Counted from the stretch's first letter, positions 10,275-19,600 are shown. The stretch is DNA of 64,000 nucleotides from a bacterium (GCA_044869275.1 JBIOXB010000034.1:32001-96000), one strand, 5' to 3'. The notes: a model not told the origin generated them from the sequence alone. A program made the numbers and translations.

Positions 10275-11352
10275 TTGAAATAAATGCCAAATCGTAAAAT
10301 CTTGCTGGCAGATTTCCGCATTCGGGCTGGTATTTTCACTTGTAATTACAGCCCGCGCGTTTCATTGCGGACATTGTTTCAGCCGCAAACAGGAGGTTTG
10401 AAAATGTTGGGGGAAGCAGACGGTTGAAGGAGGATAGAGGTGAGACGAGTGATGTGTGTCGCGAGAAAGGGGAAGAGAGAAAGGAGAAAGTGGAGTGGGT
10501 AGAGGGTCGGGCAGCAAGGGTTTTGAAAACCGCCGTTGCCTCAGAGTTATTCTATTTTCTCATGGAAACAATACTCGATAGATTGAAAGAAGCTTGGCTC
10601 CGGTACTACCCCTAAATGCGAGTGCTGAATCTACTGAAAAGATGTGATTGAAGTGAGACGTGGAATCATATCCCAACAGTTCACGCTCATGAAACGCATC
10701 GGCAAGAGATAGTTTTGTGGTTAAGAGTCAGCAGTATTTTCGATAAATAATTGCAATGAAAACTGCTGTTTGCATATTTCTCGCAGACCCTCCTCTTCAA
10801 TTTTACCGGCAAAACCCTTCTACTTGGCGCGCTTCTTGCTCTTAATTTCGATTAGCACGTTTCACAGCAAGCCTCGTTACAGCGACAGACAAGAAGTTGA
10901 AAAGTGTAGTCCAATCGTCGCAACTGTAGCCAGGAGGTCTGCGCGACTATTCGTAGCTTACGACTGCATCATTCGTGCCCACCCTTTCTTTCGCTGAATT
11001 CAAAATACCTAGCAGCGCTGTCACAGATCACGAGAAAAGCTTCCCGGGAATTGTAAGAAAAGACTATCAATTTTATACAGCGGCGTACTTTTCTCGCACC
11101 TAATCTTTGATGCTTCCTTTTGGCGTGCAAAAATAGCCTGCGCACCTGCCAATATTACGCAGTCGCTATGGAATGAAAGTAATTGAACCAGGAGAGAAGC
11201 GCCAGGCAGTTTTGCTCCGGCGCATGAGAATGTCGCATTCGATGCCAGTCCGGCACATGCAAGGGTCTCCTCTCCAAAAGCATGTTAGGAGGAGATTCTT
11301 CCTACGGTATCGCTTTCTACTCCGAGCGAAGAGCCAACAAAAGGAACCTGCC

Positions 11353-12297
11353 ATGAGCAAGCCCAATCACCAGGGACGGCAGGAAAATCGCAACGGAATG
11401 CACCAGCCCCGGCACGAGGCTGCCGCCCAACCGGGCTTTGCCGCCGCGAAGCCGGACATTTCCTTTTTCTTTCCCGCGTTCGACGACGCCGGCACGGTGG
11501 AAAAACTCGCCCTCGCCGCGAGCGCGGTGCTGCGCGAAGTCGCGAACCAGTGGGAAGTGATCATCGTCAACGACGGCAGCTTCGACAACACCGGCGAAGT
11601 GGCCGACGCTTGCGCGCGGAAGTATGAAAACATCGTGGTCAAGCATCACCGGTACAATCAAGGCTATGGCGCCGCGCTCAAAACCGGCTTCAAAACGGCG
11701 CGCTACGATTTGATTTTTTACACCGACGGCGACATGCAGTACGATCCGGAAGAATTGAAATTGCTGCTGCCGCTGTTGCGCGACGACGTCGCCATCGTCA
11801 GCGGCATCAAGTCCAAGCGTGCGGACCCTTGGGACCGCGTGGTGAGCGCGAAGATTTACAACTATGTCGTGCGTCTGTTCTTCCGCATCCACGTGCGCGA
11901 CGTGGATGCGGCGTTCAAATTGATCCGCCACGAGGTGCTGCAAAATATGGAGCTGACCTCCAACGGCGGTTTCATTTGCGCCGAGCTGTTCGCCAAGGCG
12001 CGCCAACTGGGCTATCAGGTGGTACAGCATCCGGTGAGCCATTACCAGCGCACCTACGGCCGCTCCTCCGCGTTCAATCTGCTGTTTATCCTCCGCTCCA
12101 CGCTCGAGCTCATGGACTTATGGTGGACGATCATGGCACGCGACAAATTCTTTGCCGCAAGACAGAACTTTTGGAGACGCATCCTTTGGAGAAAACCCTC
12201 GCCCTTGCCGGAGGCCAGCCCGTCCGCCCCGAATTCCTGGTCTTCGGCAAACCCCGCCTCGAAGCAGCAGAAATCGACGAAGTCGTCGCCTGTCTGA
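11353..12297 (+). CDS. Glycosyltransferase family 2 (ArnC / Dol-P-Man synthase-like)
   Basis: 'ISFFFPAFD', 'VIIVNDGSFDNT', 'NQGYGAALKTGF', 'YTDGDMQYDP', 'RDVDAAFKL'; AAGGA RBS before ATG 11353. Confidence 0.9.
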   Translation: MSKPNHQGRQENRNGMHQPRHEAAAQPGFAAAKPDISFFFPAFDDAGTVEKLALAASAVLREVANQWEVIIVNDGSFDNTGEVADACARKYENIVVKHHRYNQGYGAALKTGFKTARYDLIFYTDGDMQYDPEELKLLLPLLRDDVAIVSGIKSKRADPWDRVVSAKIYNYVVRLFFRIHVRDVDAAFKLIRHEVLQNMELTSNGGFICAELFAKARQLGYQVVQHPVSHYQRTYGRSSAFNLLFILRSTLELMDLWWTIMARDKFFAARQNFWRRILWRKPSPLPEASPSAPNSWSSANPASKQQKSTKSSPV

Positions 12298-13382
12298 AAT
12301 CCGGCTGGATTTCCACCGGCCCGCGCGTGGCCAAGTTTGCCGCGCAGTTTCGCGATTACATCGGTTGCCAGCATGCCGTGCCGCTAAACTCGTGCACCGC
12401 GGGCTTGCACCTGGCGATGCTGGTGGCCGGCATCCAGCCCGGGGACGAAGTGATCACTTCGCCGCTCACTTTTGCCGCTTCCGCCAATACCGTCATTCAT
12501 TGCGGGGCCAAACCCGTATTCGTCGATGTCGATCCGCACACCTGCTTGATCAAAGCGGAAGAAATTGAAGCTCGGATCACCAGAAAAACGAAGGCGATCC
12601 TCCCCGTGCATTTCGCCGGCCGCGCATGCGACATGGACACGATCATGGCGATCGCACGCAAACACCATCTCACCGTGATCGACGATGCCGCGCATGCGAT
12701 CGAAACGGCCTATCACGGCACAAAGGTTGGGAACATCGCGGATCTCACGGCATTCAGTTTCTACGTCACGAAAAACATCATCACCGGCGAAGGCGGGATG
12801 GTGACCACGAACAACGCGGAATGGGCGGAGAAGATTCAGATTTATGGCTTGCACGGCATGAGCAAAGACGCGTGGAAGCGCTACTCCAGTGATGGCTTCA
12901 AGCATTATCAAATCGTATATCCCGGTTACAAGTACAATATGATGGATTTGCAGGCCGCACTGGGGATACACCAATTGGCGCACGTGCACGAGTATCTCAA
13001 AATCCGCGAACAAGTGTGGAAGGCATACGACGAGGCTTTTCGAGATCTACCGCTGTACACGCCGCCTCCCGCCGAAAAAGACACGCTGCATGCGCGGCAT
13101 TTGTACACGCCCATGATCGATTTGTCCCGTTTGCAGGTGGACCGCGACACGGTGATGCAAGCACTGATCAAAGAGAACATTGGCACGGGCATTCACTTCA
13201 TCTCGCTGCACCTGCACGATTACTATCGCCGCACCTTTGGCTTCCAGCGCGACGATTTCCCCAATGCGCGCTGGGTTTCCGAGCGCACGATTTCATTGCC
13301 GCTGTCGGCAGCGTTGACGGACCAGGACGTGAATGACGTGATTACGGCAGTGCGGAAGGTGCTGCGGGCTTATCAGCGGTGA
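12186..13382 (+). CDS. DegT/DnrJ/EryC1/StrS sugar aminotransferase (ArnB-like)
   Basis: 'LKSGWISTGPRV', 'NSCTAGLHLA', 'IDDAAHA', PLP lysine motif 'FSFYVTKNIITGEGG'. Start is TTG 12186 with GGAG 9 nt upstream. Confidence 0.9.
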   Translation: MEKTLALAGGQPVRPEFLVFGKPRLEAAEIDEVVACLKSGWISTGPRVAKFAAQFRDYIGCQHAVPLNSCTAGLHLAMLVAGIQPGDEVITSPLTFAASANTVIHCGAKPVFVDVDPHTCLIKAEEIEARITRKTKAILPVHFAGRACDMDTIMAIARKHHLTVIDDAAHAIETAYHGTKVGNIADLTAFSFYVTKNIITGEGGMVTTNNAEWAEKIQIYGLHGMSKDAWKRYSSDGFKHYQIVYPGYKYNMMDLQAALGIHQLAHVHEYLKIREQVWKAYDEAFRDLPLYTPPPAEKDTLHARHLYTPMIDLSRLQVDRDTVMQALIKENIGTGIHFISLHLHDYYRRTFGFQRDDFPNARWVSERTISLPLSAALTDQDVNDVITAVRKVLRAYQR

Positions 13383-13493
13383 GCGGGAATAAGGCCAAAG
13401 AGTGGGTGGATAATCAATGATATACCTGTTTCAAGCAGTGGGTTTGAAGGAAGCGCGCAGCGGGGCGTTGACGTATGCGAAATAAACTGCTTT

Positions 13494-13926
13494 ATGGCGA
13501 CAATTTGGACGTTCTGCGAAAGGACTGATCGGAAAAGCGGTAAGGTTTATCGCTACTATTTAGACGAAGGAAAGATCGCCGAGGATTACTGGATAGATAT
13601 TGAAACCCTGAATCGAGAAGATAGAGAGCGTCTTGGATATCAAACTCAAAAGCCCGAAGCTTTGCTGGAACGTATTATCAAATCCAGCAGCAATGACGGC
13701 GATTTTGTCTTAGATGCTTATTGCGGCTGTGGCACGACCGTTGCAGTTGCTGAGAGACTAAAACGCAACTGGATTGAAATTGATATAGCCTATCAAAGCA
13801 TTAGCCTAATCTTGAAAGGATGAGACCGAAAAGGTGATTTCTCAAGTCAAGTCAGGCAGCGTCAATCGCGGAACGATAGCCACCTTGCGCGGTGACATGG
13901 AGCGCGAGAAAGCACAAATCGGTATA
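13494..13926 (+). pseudogene. Remnant of a fused site-specific DNA methyltransferase / Mrr-like restriction endonuclease
   Basis: MTase C-terminal motifs 'GYQTQKPEALLERII..SS...D.VLDAYCGCGTTVAVAERLKRNWI.IDI' with no DPPY half. From 13819, another frame reads 'VISQVKSGSVNRGTIATLRGDMEREKAQIG'. Confidence 0.75.
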
Positions 13927-13951
13927 AGGAATCAAAACATCACTGCAAAGG

Positions 13952-14614
13952 TCAACTCGCCTTGTATAAATCGGCGGGATCTCCGGCGAGTATCAGCGCA
14001 ATAATCTCTCTTTCACCGGGAAACTCCTGCGCAAATAGCCAATCCACACGCAGCCAGAAGCCAGGAATAACCGTGGAACGAACCACGCCCATATGGTCGA
14101 GAGGAATGTCTTTCCAACTACCACCACTGTTCTTCCAGAAGCTTGCGGTTTGCCGAAAGGCATCAATGACCCAGTATTCACGCACGCCGAACTTGGCGTA
14201 CAGCTCTTTTTTCTCCATCAAATCCAAACGCCGGCTACCAGGCGAGACGAGCTCGATGACAAGATCGGCGGGACCCTCCAAGGCTTTGCCTTTGCTTTGC
14301 GGCAGTTTGGCGTTGCTGATAAACATAATATCCGGCTCGGGTGCGTCGATTTCGGATAATTTCATGGCGGCGCGCGAACCCAACACGTGCCCGATTTTTT
14401 TCTCTCGAACGTAACCGCGCAAAAGCATTAGCAGGAACCCAAACAAATCTTCGTGCTCAAAGGTGGGTGGAGCAGCCATATAAATAACCCCATTGATAAG
14501 ATCGGCTTTTTGATCCTCACGAATGATCGTGCAAAACTCGTCGAAAGTGATCAGTTCTGGCGGCGGCGTTTGTCGCGGCAGAGGGCGAGTCAAAATACCA
14601 ACATCGATAGCCAT
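13952..14614 (-). CDS. Uma2 family (DUF820) putative endonuclease
   Basis: 'KADLINGVIYM', 'PEPDIMFI', 'ADLVIELVSPGSRRLD..EKKELYAKFGVREYWVID'. Confidence 0.9.
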   Translation of the reverse strand: MAIDVGILTRPLPRQTPPPELITFDEFCTIIREDQKADLINGVIYMAAPPTFEHEDLFGFLLMLLRGYVREKKIGHVLGSRAAMKLSEIDAPEPDIMFISNAKLPQSKGKALEGPADLVIELVSPGSRRLDLMEKKELYAKFGVREYWVIDAFRQTASFWKNSGGSWKDIPLDHMGVVRSTVIPGFWLRVDWLFAQEFPGEREIIALILAGDPADLYKAS

Positions 14615-14722
14615 TTGTCTATGCTCTGTATTGAGTCCGTATTTTATTAAAAAGCCCCATTGCTAAAATAGCAATAAATTTCAAACAAACAAGCTGTACT
14701 TCAATACGAAGCCGGCACCGAT

Positions 14723-15343
14723 TTAAGTGCCGTTGTTTCCTCGAAAAATCCCCACCATCTCTCTTCCTCCCGGAATAAAAAAAAATTTTTGAAATGCGGG
14801 AAAAGTTTTGAATACTTGTGCCAGCGATTCTTCGCGGAAGCGCTCGCCGGAATAGGAGGAATCTTCTTTTGTTGGATGCGTCAATATCTGGCTGAGCTTG
14901 GCGAGCCAGGCCAGGCGCGAATCGGAAAGGTTGCGCACGGGCTCGGCGATGATCACTTTACGGCGCGCGGCGGCGAGCATTTTGGCCACAATCTCTTCGG
15001 CACGCGGCAGGAACTGATAAAGGCTGGCCTGCATCAGCACGATGTCCGCGCGCGGAATTTCATCCTGCCAGACATTGAAAACGCGCGCATTCACCCCGTG
15101 TTTTTGCGCCGCACGCACGAACGCTGGCGACAAGTCCAGACCGAGATACTTCACGGATTTCGCGCACAAATGCTGGCGATAAAGATAGCAATCCCCCGCG
15201 CACAGATCCACCACGGAAGATCCTTCCGGAATCTCGCTGGCAAGGGCACGATAACGTGCTGCAAAGTGGCGGCCGTATAACACGCGCATGAGCGCGCGAT
15301 AGAGGCGTTCATTGGAATAGATGAGCGAAACCGATGGCGACAT
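14723..15343 (-). CDS. Class I SAM-dependent methyltransferase
   Basis: Motif I-like 'VVDLCAGD', 'YLGLDLSP', 'ADIVLMQASLYQF'. Confidence 0.75.
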   Translation of the reverse strand: MSPSVSLIYSNERLYRALMRVLYGRHFAARYRALASEIPEGSSVVDLCAGDCYLYRQHLCAKSVKYLGLDLSPAFVRAAQKHGVNARVFNVWQDEIPRADIVLMQASLYQFLPRAEEIVAKMLAAARRKVIIAEPVRNLSDSRLAWLAKLSQILTHPTKEDSSYSGERFREESLAQVFKTFPAFQKFFFIPGGREMVGIFRGNNGT

Positions 15344-15423
15344 GGTTGATCCATTCTAAAGCAATCGAAACAAGGCTTACTGAAAAAGCAAAGATTTCAC
15401 GCTTAGATTGAAAGGCGAAGCGC

Positions 15424-17271
15424 CTATTGCGTTCCCCCTGCTTGCACCACGGAGGGATCCCGAATATCGTAAATGCTAATAGTCGGGCGCTCTAGGAAGC
15501 CCATGCCCCAGGGATGCTGGTGCGCCGCGGGCGGCACGAATTCCTGCACTAGCCGGCCCTGCTCTTCTAGCTCGCTGTAAAACTCCTGCCACGATTTGGC
15601 CATTTCTGGATACTTGGCGCACGTGGCGGCGTCGAAGAACCTTCTCTTCAACAAACTGGAGCTGATCACAAAGTGCACCCCGCGCTCGCGGTAATATGCC
15701 AGCGGGCGGGCGCGCCATGTGGAAAAGTCAGGCAAGTTCTGCAAAACAGCGCGCATCGAATCCAGCGCGGCGAAGTCGAGCTGATAGTCGAACCCGTGGC
15801 GCAGAATCCAGGCACTCAGAGGATTTTGCAGCAGCGCCAGTTTCATGGACAGCTTTTTCCTGCTGGATTCCTCCGTGATGAGTTCCATTTGTGAGATGCT
15901 GAGTTGGCCCGGCGGTACCGGCGGCAGCATCCACGAGCCCGCGCGCATGGCGACGTTCGTTTCCCGGGGAATGTGGGCTTTGATCCAATCCGCCGCCTGT
16001 ACGCGCGTGTCTTCCTGCATTGCGATCCAGCACCACTGGCCGGCGTAATAAATCGACGGCGCAGAGAAGAGCAATGCCAGCGCGGTCGCAGCCCATGCTG
16101 TGGGCCATCTAAAGCGCGTGATCATTTCCGATGCGCGCGTGATAAAAATGCCGGCATAAATGCACCAAAACGGCAGTACCGGAATGAGATAGCGGTCAAC
16201 TTTGAGTGTGGCATTACCCATCAACAAATAAAAAAAGAACGGGAAACAGAGGAGCAGGAGGTCTCGGGTGCGGTGTTTCCACAGCGAGTACAGCATGCCG
16301 GCAAAAACTGCGCTCACCAACATCAATCCCAGCCCGCCGCTCGGCGTGACCGCGGTGAAATAGCCCCAGAAACCGGATTCTGGCACGCCGAGATGGCCGG
16401 ATTTGGAATGAAAGATCTGGGACAGCAAGCCGCTGGCGAAGCTTTTGAAATCGAGCAAGGCATACGGTGTTCCCACCAAAAAGCCCGCGGCCGCGCACAG
16501 GGAGAGGATAGGAATCGCACGAGAAAAAATCGCACGGCGCCAGGAGGCACCGGCCGCGCGCTGCCGCAGGACATGGGCGGCGAGCACCGTCAACAGAATC
16601 AGGCCCACGGGATATTTCGCCGACGCCGCCAAGCCGGCCACGAAGGCCGCCCAGTGAAGGCCGCCGGGCTTTCGGGTTTGATAAGCGCGCACACAGAGAT
16701 AATAAGCCCAGACGGCGAAAAAAGCGGAGGGCACATCCGTGGCGAGAAAATGCGAGTCCGTGAAATGCACGTAAGCGAAAGTCAAAAACCAGGCGGCGAC
16801 CAGCGCGACCGTTGCGTTCCAACATCGCCGCGCGGAAAGATAAGTGAAATACACGGTGGCGGCACCGAGCGTCGCCGCCAGCAGGCGGCCGAGCAAGTGA
16901 AAATAAAAAATGTTTTGTACAGCGTAATCATAAAATTGCGACAGACTTCCGATGCTGCCGCACGCGTGCAGCGCCATTCCTGTCATCAAATAAAGAAACG
17001 CCGTGAGGTATATGCAGAGCGAAGGATACTCAAAAAAATGAGGATTCAAATCGTACGCCGGGCTTTTGAGCATGTCCAAGGCTTTTTGCGCGATGAATTG
17101 CTCGTCGGGATGCAACACGTAAGGATGGCCGAACCAGGTTCCCCACACACGAATAGCGAGAGCCAGAGCCAGAATCACGAACAGTGCTCTGGGAGATTTT
17201 TTCGGCAACAAGGCAACTGCCGGTGCGGTGGCGGTGGCGTGAGCTTTAGGTAGAATCATGGTAAGAAACAT
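15424..17271 (-). CDS. GT-C glycosyltransferase (family 39 / ArnT / PMT-like)
   Basis: Many TM helices; 'HPDE' after TM1; 'NPHFFEYPSL'; 'AGLAASAKYP'; 'RYLIPVLPF'. Confidence 0.85.
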   Translation of the reverse strand: MFLTMILPKAHATATAPAVALLPKKSPRALFVILALALAIRVWGTWFGHPYVLHPDEQFIAQKALDMLKSPAYDLNPHFFEYPSLCIYLTAFLYLMTGMALHACGSIGSLSQFYDYAVQNIFYFHLLGRLLAATLGAATVYFTYLSARRCWNATVALVAAWFLTFAYVHFTDSHFLATDVPSAFFAVWAYYLCVRAYQTRKPGGLHWAAFVAGLAASAKYPVGLILLTVLAAHVLRQRAAGASWRRAIFSRAIPILSLCAAAGFLVGTPYALLDFKSFASGLLSQIFHSKSGHLGVPESGFWGYFTAVTPSGGLGLMLVSAVFAGMLYSLWKHRTRDLLLLCFPFFFYLLMGNATLKVDRYLIPVLPFWCIYAGIFITRASEMITRFRWPTAWAATALALLFSAPSIYYAGQWCWIAMQEDTRVQAADWIKAHIPRETNVAMRAGSWMLPPVPPGQLSISQMELITEESSRKKLSMKLALLQNPLSAWILRHGFDYQLDFAALDSMRAVLQNLPDFSTWRARPLAYYRERGVHFVISSSLLKRRFFDAATCAKYPEMAKSWQEFYSELEEQGRLVQEFVPPAAHQHPWGMGFLERPTISIYDIRDPSVVQAGGTQ

Positions 17272-17623
17272 GAATGAGCAGAGCAGGGCGCGCGCGAAGC
17301 CCCAAGGATCAGAACGGACGTGTGCCCGGACAAATTTTAGCCGGGCCGTGCGGACTTTTCTTGCGGAAGCCCCGCCTTACCTAGTGATGATTTTTGCTAC
17401 CGCCCCTCAGCGCGCGATCGGAAGAATGTTTGCCCGGTTGGGCGAAGAATTCTCTCAAAGAAATACCGGCGTTAAACCCCGACTGCGTAAAACTTGAGCT
17501 TTGCAGGAACGACATGAACGAGGCCGCACGTTGATCGAAAACACACTCCTCCCAAAGCGACAAAGATTCCACGTGGGTGTTTTTGTTCGTGGGGGCTTTT
17601 GCAAAAAGTCAATAAATCCGGCG

Positions 17624-18448
17624 TCACTGCTGCAGACTATCCAATAATTTTCGGGCGGATTGATGGTAGAAATCGTGCGGCGGGCGGTGGAGGAGTTCTA
17701 ACAAGGCGCCTCTGGCCTCTTCGAGGTGCCGCTGCTGCAGATGAGCGTGTGCCAGAAACCAAAAGACTTCGGCGGGCGCCTCCTCCTTGGCCAAGGGGGA
17801 CAATCGCTGCACCGCTTTTTCAAACTTGCGATTTTGCAGCAGGACGATTCCCCACAGCATTTGGATTTGAGGCTCCTGCGGATAGTGGTTCGCGAAAAGC
17901 TCGAGCGAATCCGCGACGGCGGCAAACTGTGCTTTGCGATAGAGCGGGTAGAGCGTGTTGAGCCGTTGCCGCAAACGCGCATCGCTGATCGCGGGAAAAT
18001 CATCCGGCCAATCGAACGCCGGTGGAATGGGGGCGGAGCCGCCTTTCCCGGCGAGAAAAGCCTTGAAATTTGCGTCGTCGCCCGATTCGTGCAACGTTTT
18101 CTCGGCTTCGTGAAAGAGCCAGACAACAGTGGTCACGATCAAAATCAACGCGGCATAATTGAACGCGGGCCGCCACTTTCCCAAGCTCCAAGACAGCCTT
18201 TCGAAACCGTGCGCGAAACGATCGGCATACCTGGCCAGAATGCCGGCGTCGGGCGCATAGGCGGGCGCAAAAATATATTGGCCGTGCCGCTCCATCAGCA
18301 GCGCGGTTTTTTGCACCCACAGAACGTTATGCGCGCATTCGTCACAGCCTAAAAAATGAGCTTCAAAAGCTTCCTGTTCTTCGGGCGGCAGTTCTTCACG
18401 AACATAGGCCACGATTTTATCAAACTGGTTGCGATATGGGCACTTCAT
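17624..18448 (-). CDS. Putative anti-sigma factor: zf-HC2 (ZAS) domain, TM helix, extracytoplasmic TPR domain
   Basis: 'AYVREELPPEEQEAFEAHFLGCDEC' (HxxxCxxC); TM 'AALILIVTTVVWLF'; TPR-like 'WFLAHAHLQQRHLEEARGALLEL'; directly downstream of the ECF sigma gene. Confidence 0.85.
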   Translation of the reverse strand: MKCPYRNQFDKIVAYVREELPPEEQEAFEAHFLGCDECAHNVLWVQKTALLMERHGQYIFAPAYAPDAGILARYADRFAHGFERLSWSLGKWRPAFNYAALILIVTTVVWLFHEAEKTLHESGDDANFKAFLAGKGGSAPIPPAFDWPDDFPAISDARLRQRLNTLYPLYRKAQFAAVADSLELFANHYPQEPQIQMLWGIVLLQNRKFEKAVQRLSPLAKEEAPAEVFWFLAHAHLQQRHLEEARGALLELLHRPPHDFYHQSARKLLDSLQQ

Positions 18449-18472
18449 GAGAGTTTCAACTCCAGTTGTCGC

Positions 18473-19021
18473 TCAGCCATACAGACTTCTCAGGACGGGG
18501 TCTTTTAAACAGAGCTTGCGCAGCCGCTTCAGGGCATCGGATTTCAGGCTATACACCTTGTCCGGCGGCAGATTCAGTTGCTGCGCTACCTCTCCTTCCT
18601 TATACCCTTTGTAGAACACCAATTCCAAAACCTGGACATATTTCTTCGGCAGCAGCTTGAGTTTTTCGCGCAGATAGTATTTAAGCTCCCCGGCCTCGGC
18701 CTCGTCGCGAAACAGGGAGTCCATGCCCTCCGCATAGGTGAGCGGTGCGGTGCGGCGTTGCTGCCGGCCTTTTTTGCGGAAATGCGTTTGCGCCACCTTG
18801 GTGGCGATGCCGCATAGAAACGTGCTGGGCTCGGCTTCGTTGCGGCCTTCGTAGTTCTGGAAGCTGCGCAAAGCTGCCACCATCGTGTCCTGCGTCACTT
18901 CCTCCAAATCGTGGCCCTCCAGGCCCCATTTTTTTTGCAGAAAGAATTTTATGAATGGCCGGCGGCCGGCGATCCAATCGGGGTCGATATTTTTACCGGG
19001 CTTGGCGATAGCTCCTCCCAC
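18473..19021 (-). CDS. ECF-type RNA polymerase sigma-70 factor
   Basis: Region 2 'DLEEVTQDTM..ALRS...YEGR..PSTFLCGIA'; region 4 'LPKKYVQVLELVFYKGYKEGEVAQQLNLPPDKVYSLKSDALKRLR'. Confidence 0.85.
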   Translation of the reverse strand: MGGAIAKPGKNIDPDWIAGRRPFIKFFLQKKWGLEGHDLEEVTQDTMVAALRSFQNYEGRNEAEPSTFLCGIATKVAQTHFRKKGRQQRRTAPLTYAEGMDSLFRDEAEAGELKYYLREKLKLLPKKYVQVLELVFYKGYKEGEVAQQLNLPPDKVYSLKSDALKRLRKLCLKDPVLRSLYG

Positions 19022-19087
19022 CTCCAGTTTACATTGAGACTCGCGCAGCGCACAGATGCAGGCTTTTGTATAATTTTGAAAAAAATA

Positions 19088-19116
19088 TGTGAGAAATCAA
19101 CCTCTGTTTTCGTCTA
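19088..19116 (+). promoter_or_regulatory. Candidate ECF-sigma promoter for the lipopeptide gene
   Basis: A-tract then TGTGAG-N17-CGTCTA; CGTC/GTCTA-type -10 boxes are typical of ECF promoters. Inferred. Confidence 0.35.
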
Positions 19117-19324
19117 TATGAGCAGAGAGAAGAAACAGGCGACACTCAGGGGCCCAGATTTGGCGCTTCGCCTTCCTTCACGGAATCGGGAAGAACAGGA
19201 GTGCACACGAGTGTCGATCTGATTTAGCTCGGCAATTTCAATCTATCACGACGCGCCGAGCTGCAGTCGGCCGGCTGTTCTGCATGTCAGGCAATTCAAC
19301 TCTTATCCGGAAAGGATAACAAAC

Positions 19325-19510
19325 ATGCGAACAGTCATGTCTTTCTTGCTGGTGTTGTTGTTTGCGCTGCTGGCCGGGTGTGAAACTTACGCGCCCACCG
19401 CGCCGAACAACGAGAAGAAACCTGCTGTGCAAAGCGACAGGATCAATGAAGAATGCGGTACGTGCGGCAATCCTCCTCCTCCGGGCAGCGGTGGTGGTGG
19501 AGGTGGTTGA
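19325..19510 (+). CDS. Small lipopeptide (61 aa) with CxxC and a Pro/Gly tail
   Basis: AAGGA RBS; signal peptide II with lipobox LAG-C19; C-terminus EECGTCGNPPPPGSGGGGGG; followed by an intrinsic terminator. Confidence 0.8.
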   Translation: MRTVMSFLLVLLFALLAGCETYAPTAPNNEKKPAVQSDRINEECGTCGNPPPPGSGGGGGG

Positions 19511-19559
19511 TTCCCGTCACAACTCGTCGGCTTCATTATTGGTGATTGGTTTCTTCATG

Positions 19560-19594
19560 CGACTCCGCCGTTTATCCCGGCGGAGTCGTATTTT
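19560..19594 (+). terminator. Intrinsic terminator after the lipopeptide gene
   Basis: Perfect 11-bp stem cgactccgccg / cggcggagtcg followed by tatttt. Confidence 0.75.
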
Positions 19595-19600
19595 ACTAAC

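Noticed and set aside
11829..12185. 5' extension of the aminotransferase ORF
   Set aside because: Lies inside the GT2 gene in another frame; family similarity begins only near TTG 12186.
15904..17253. 449-aa plus-strand ORF
   Set aside because: Antisense to the GT-C gene; Arg/Gln-rich composition expected from reverse hydrophobic codons.
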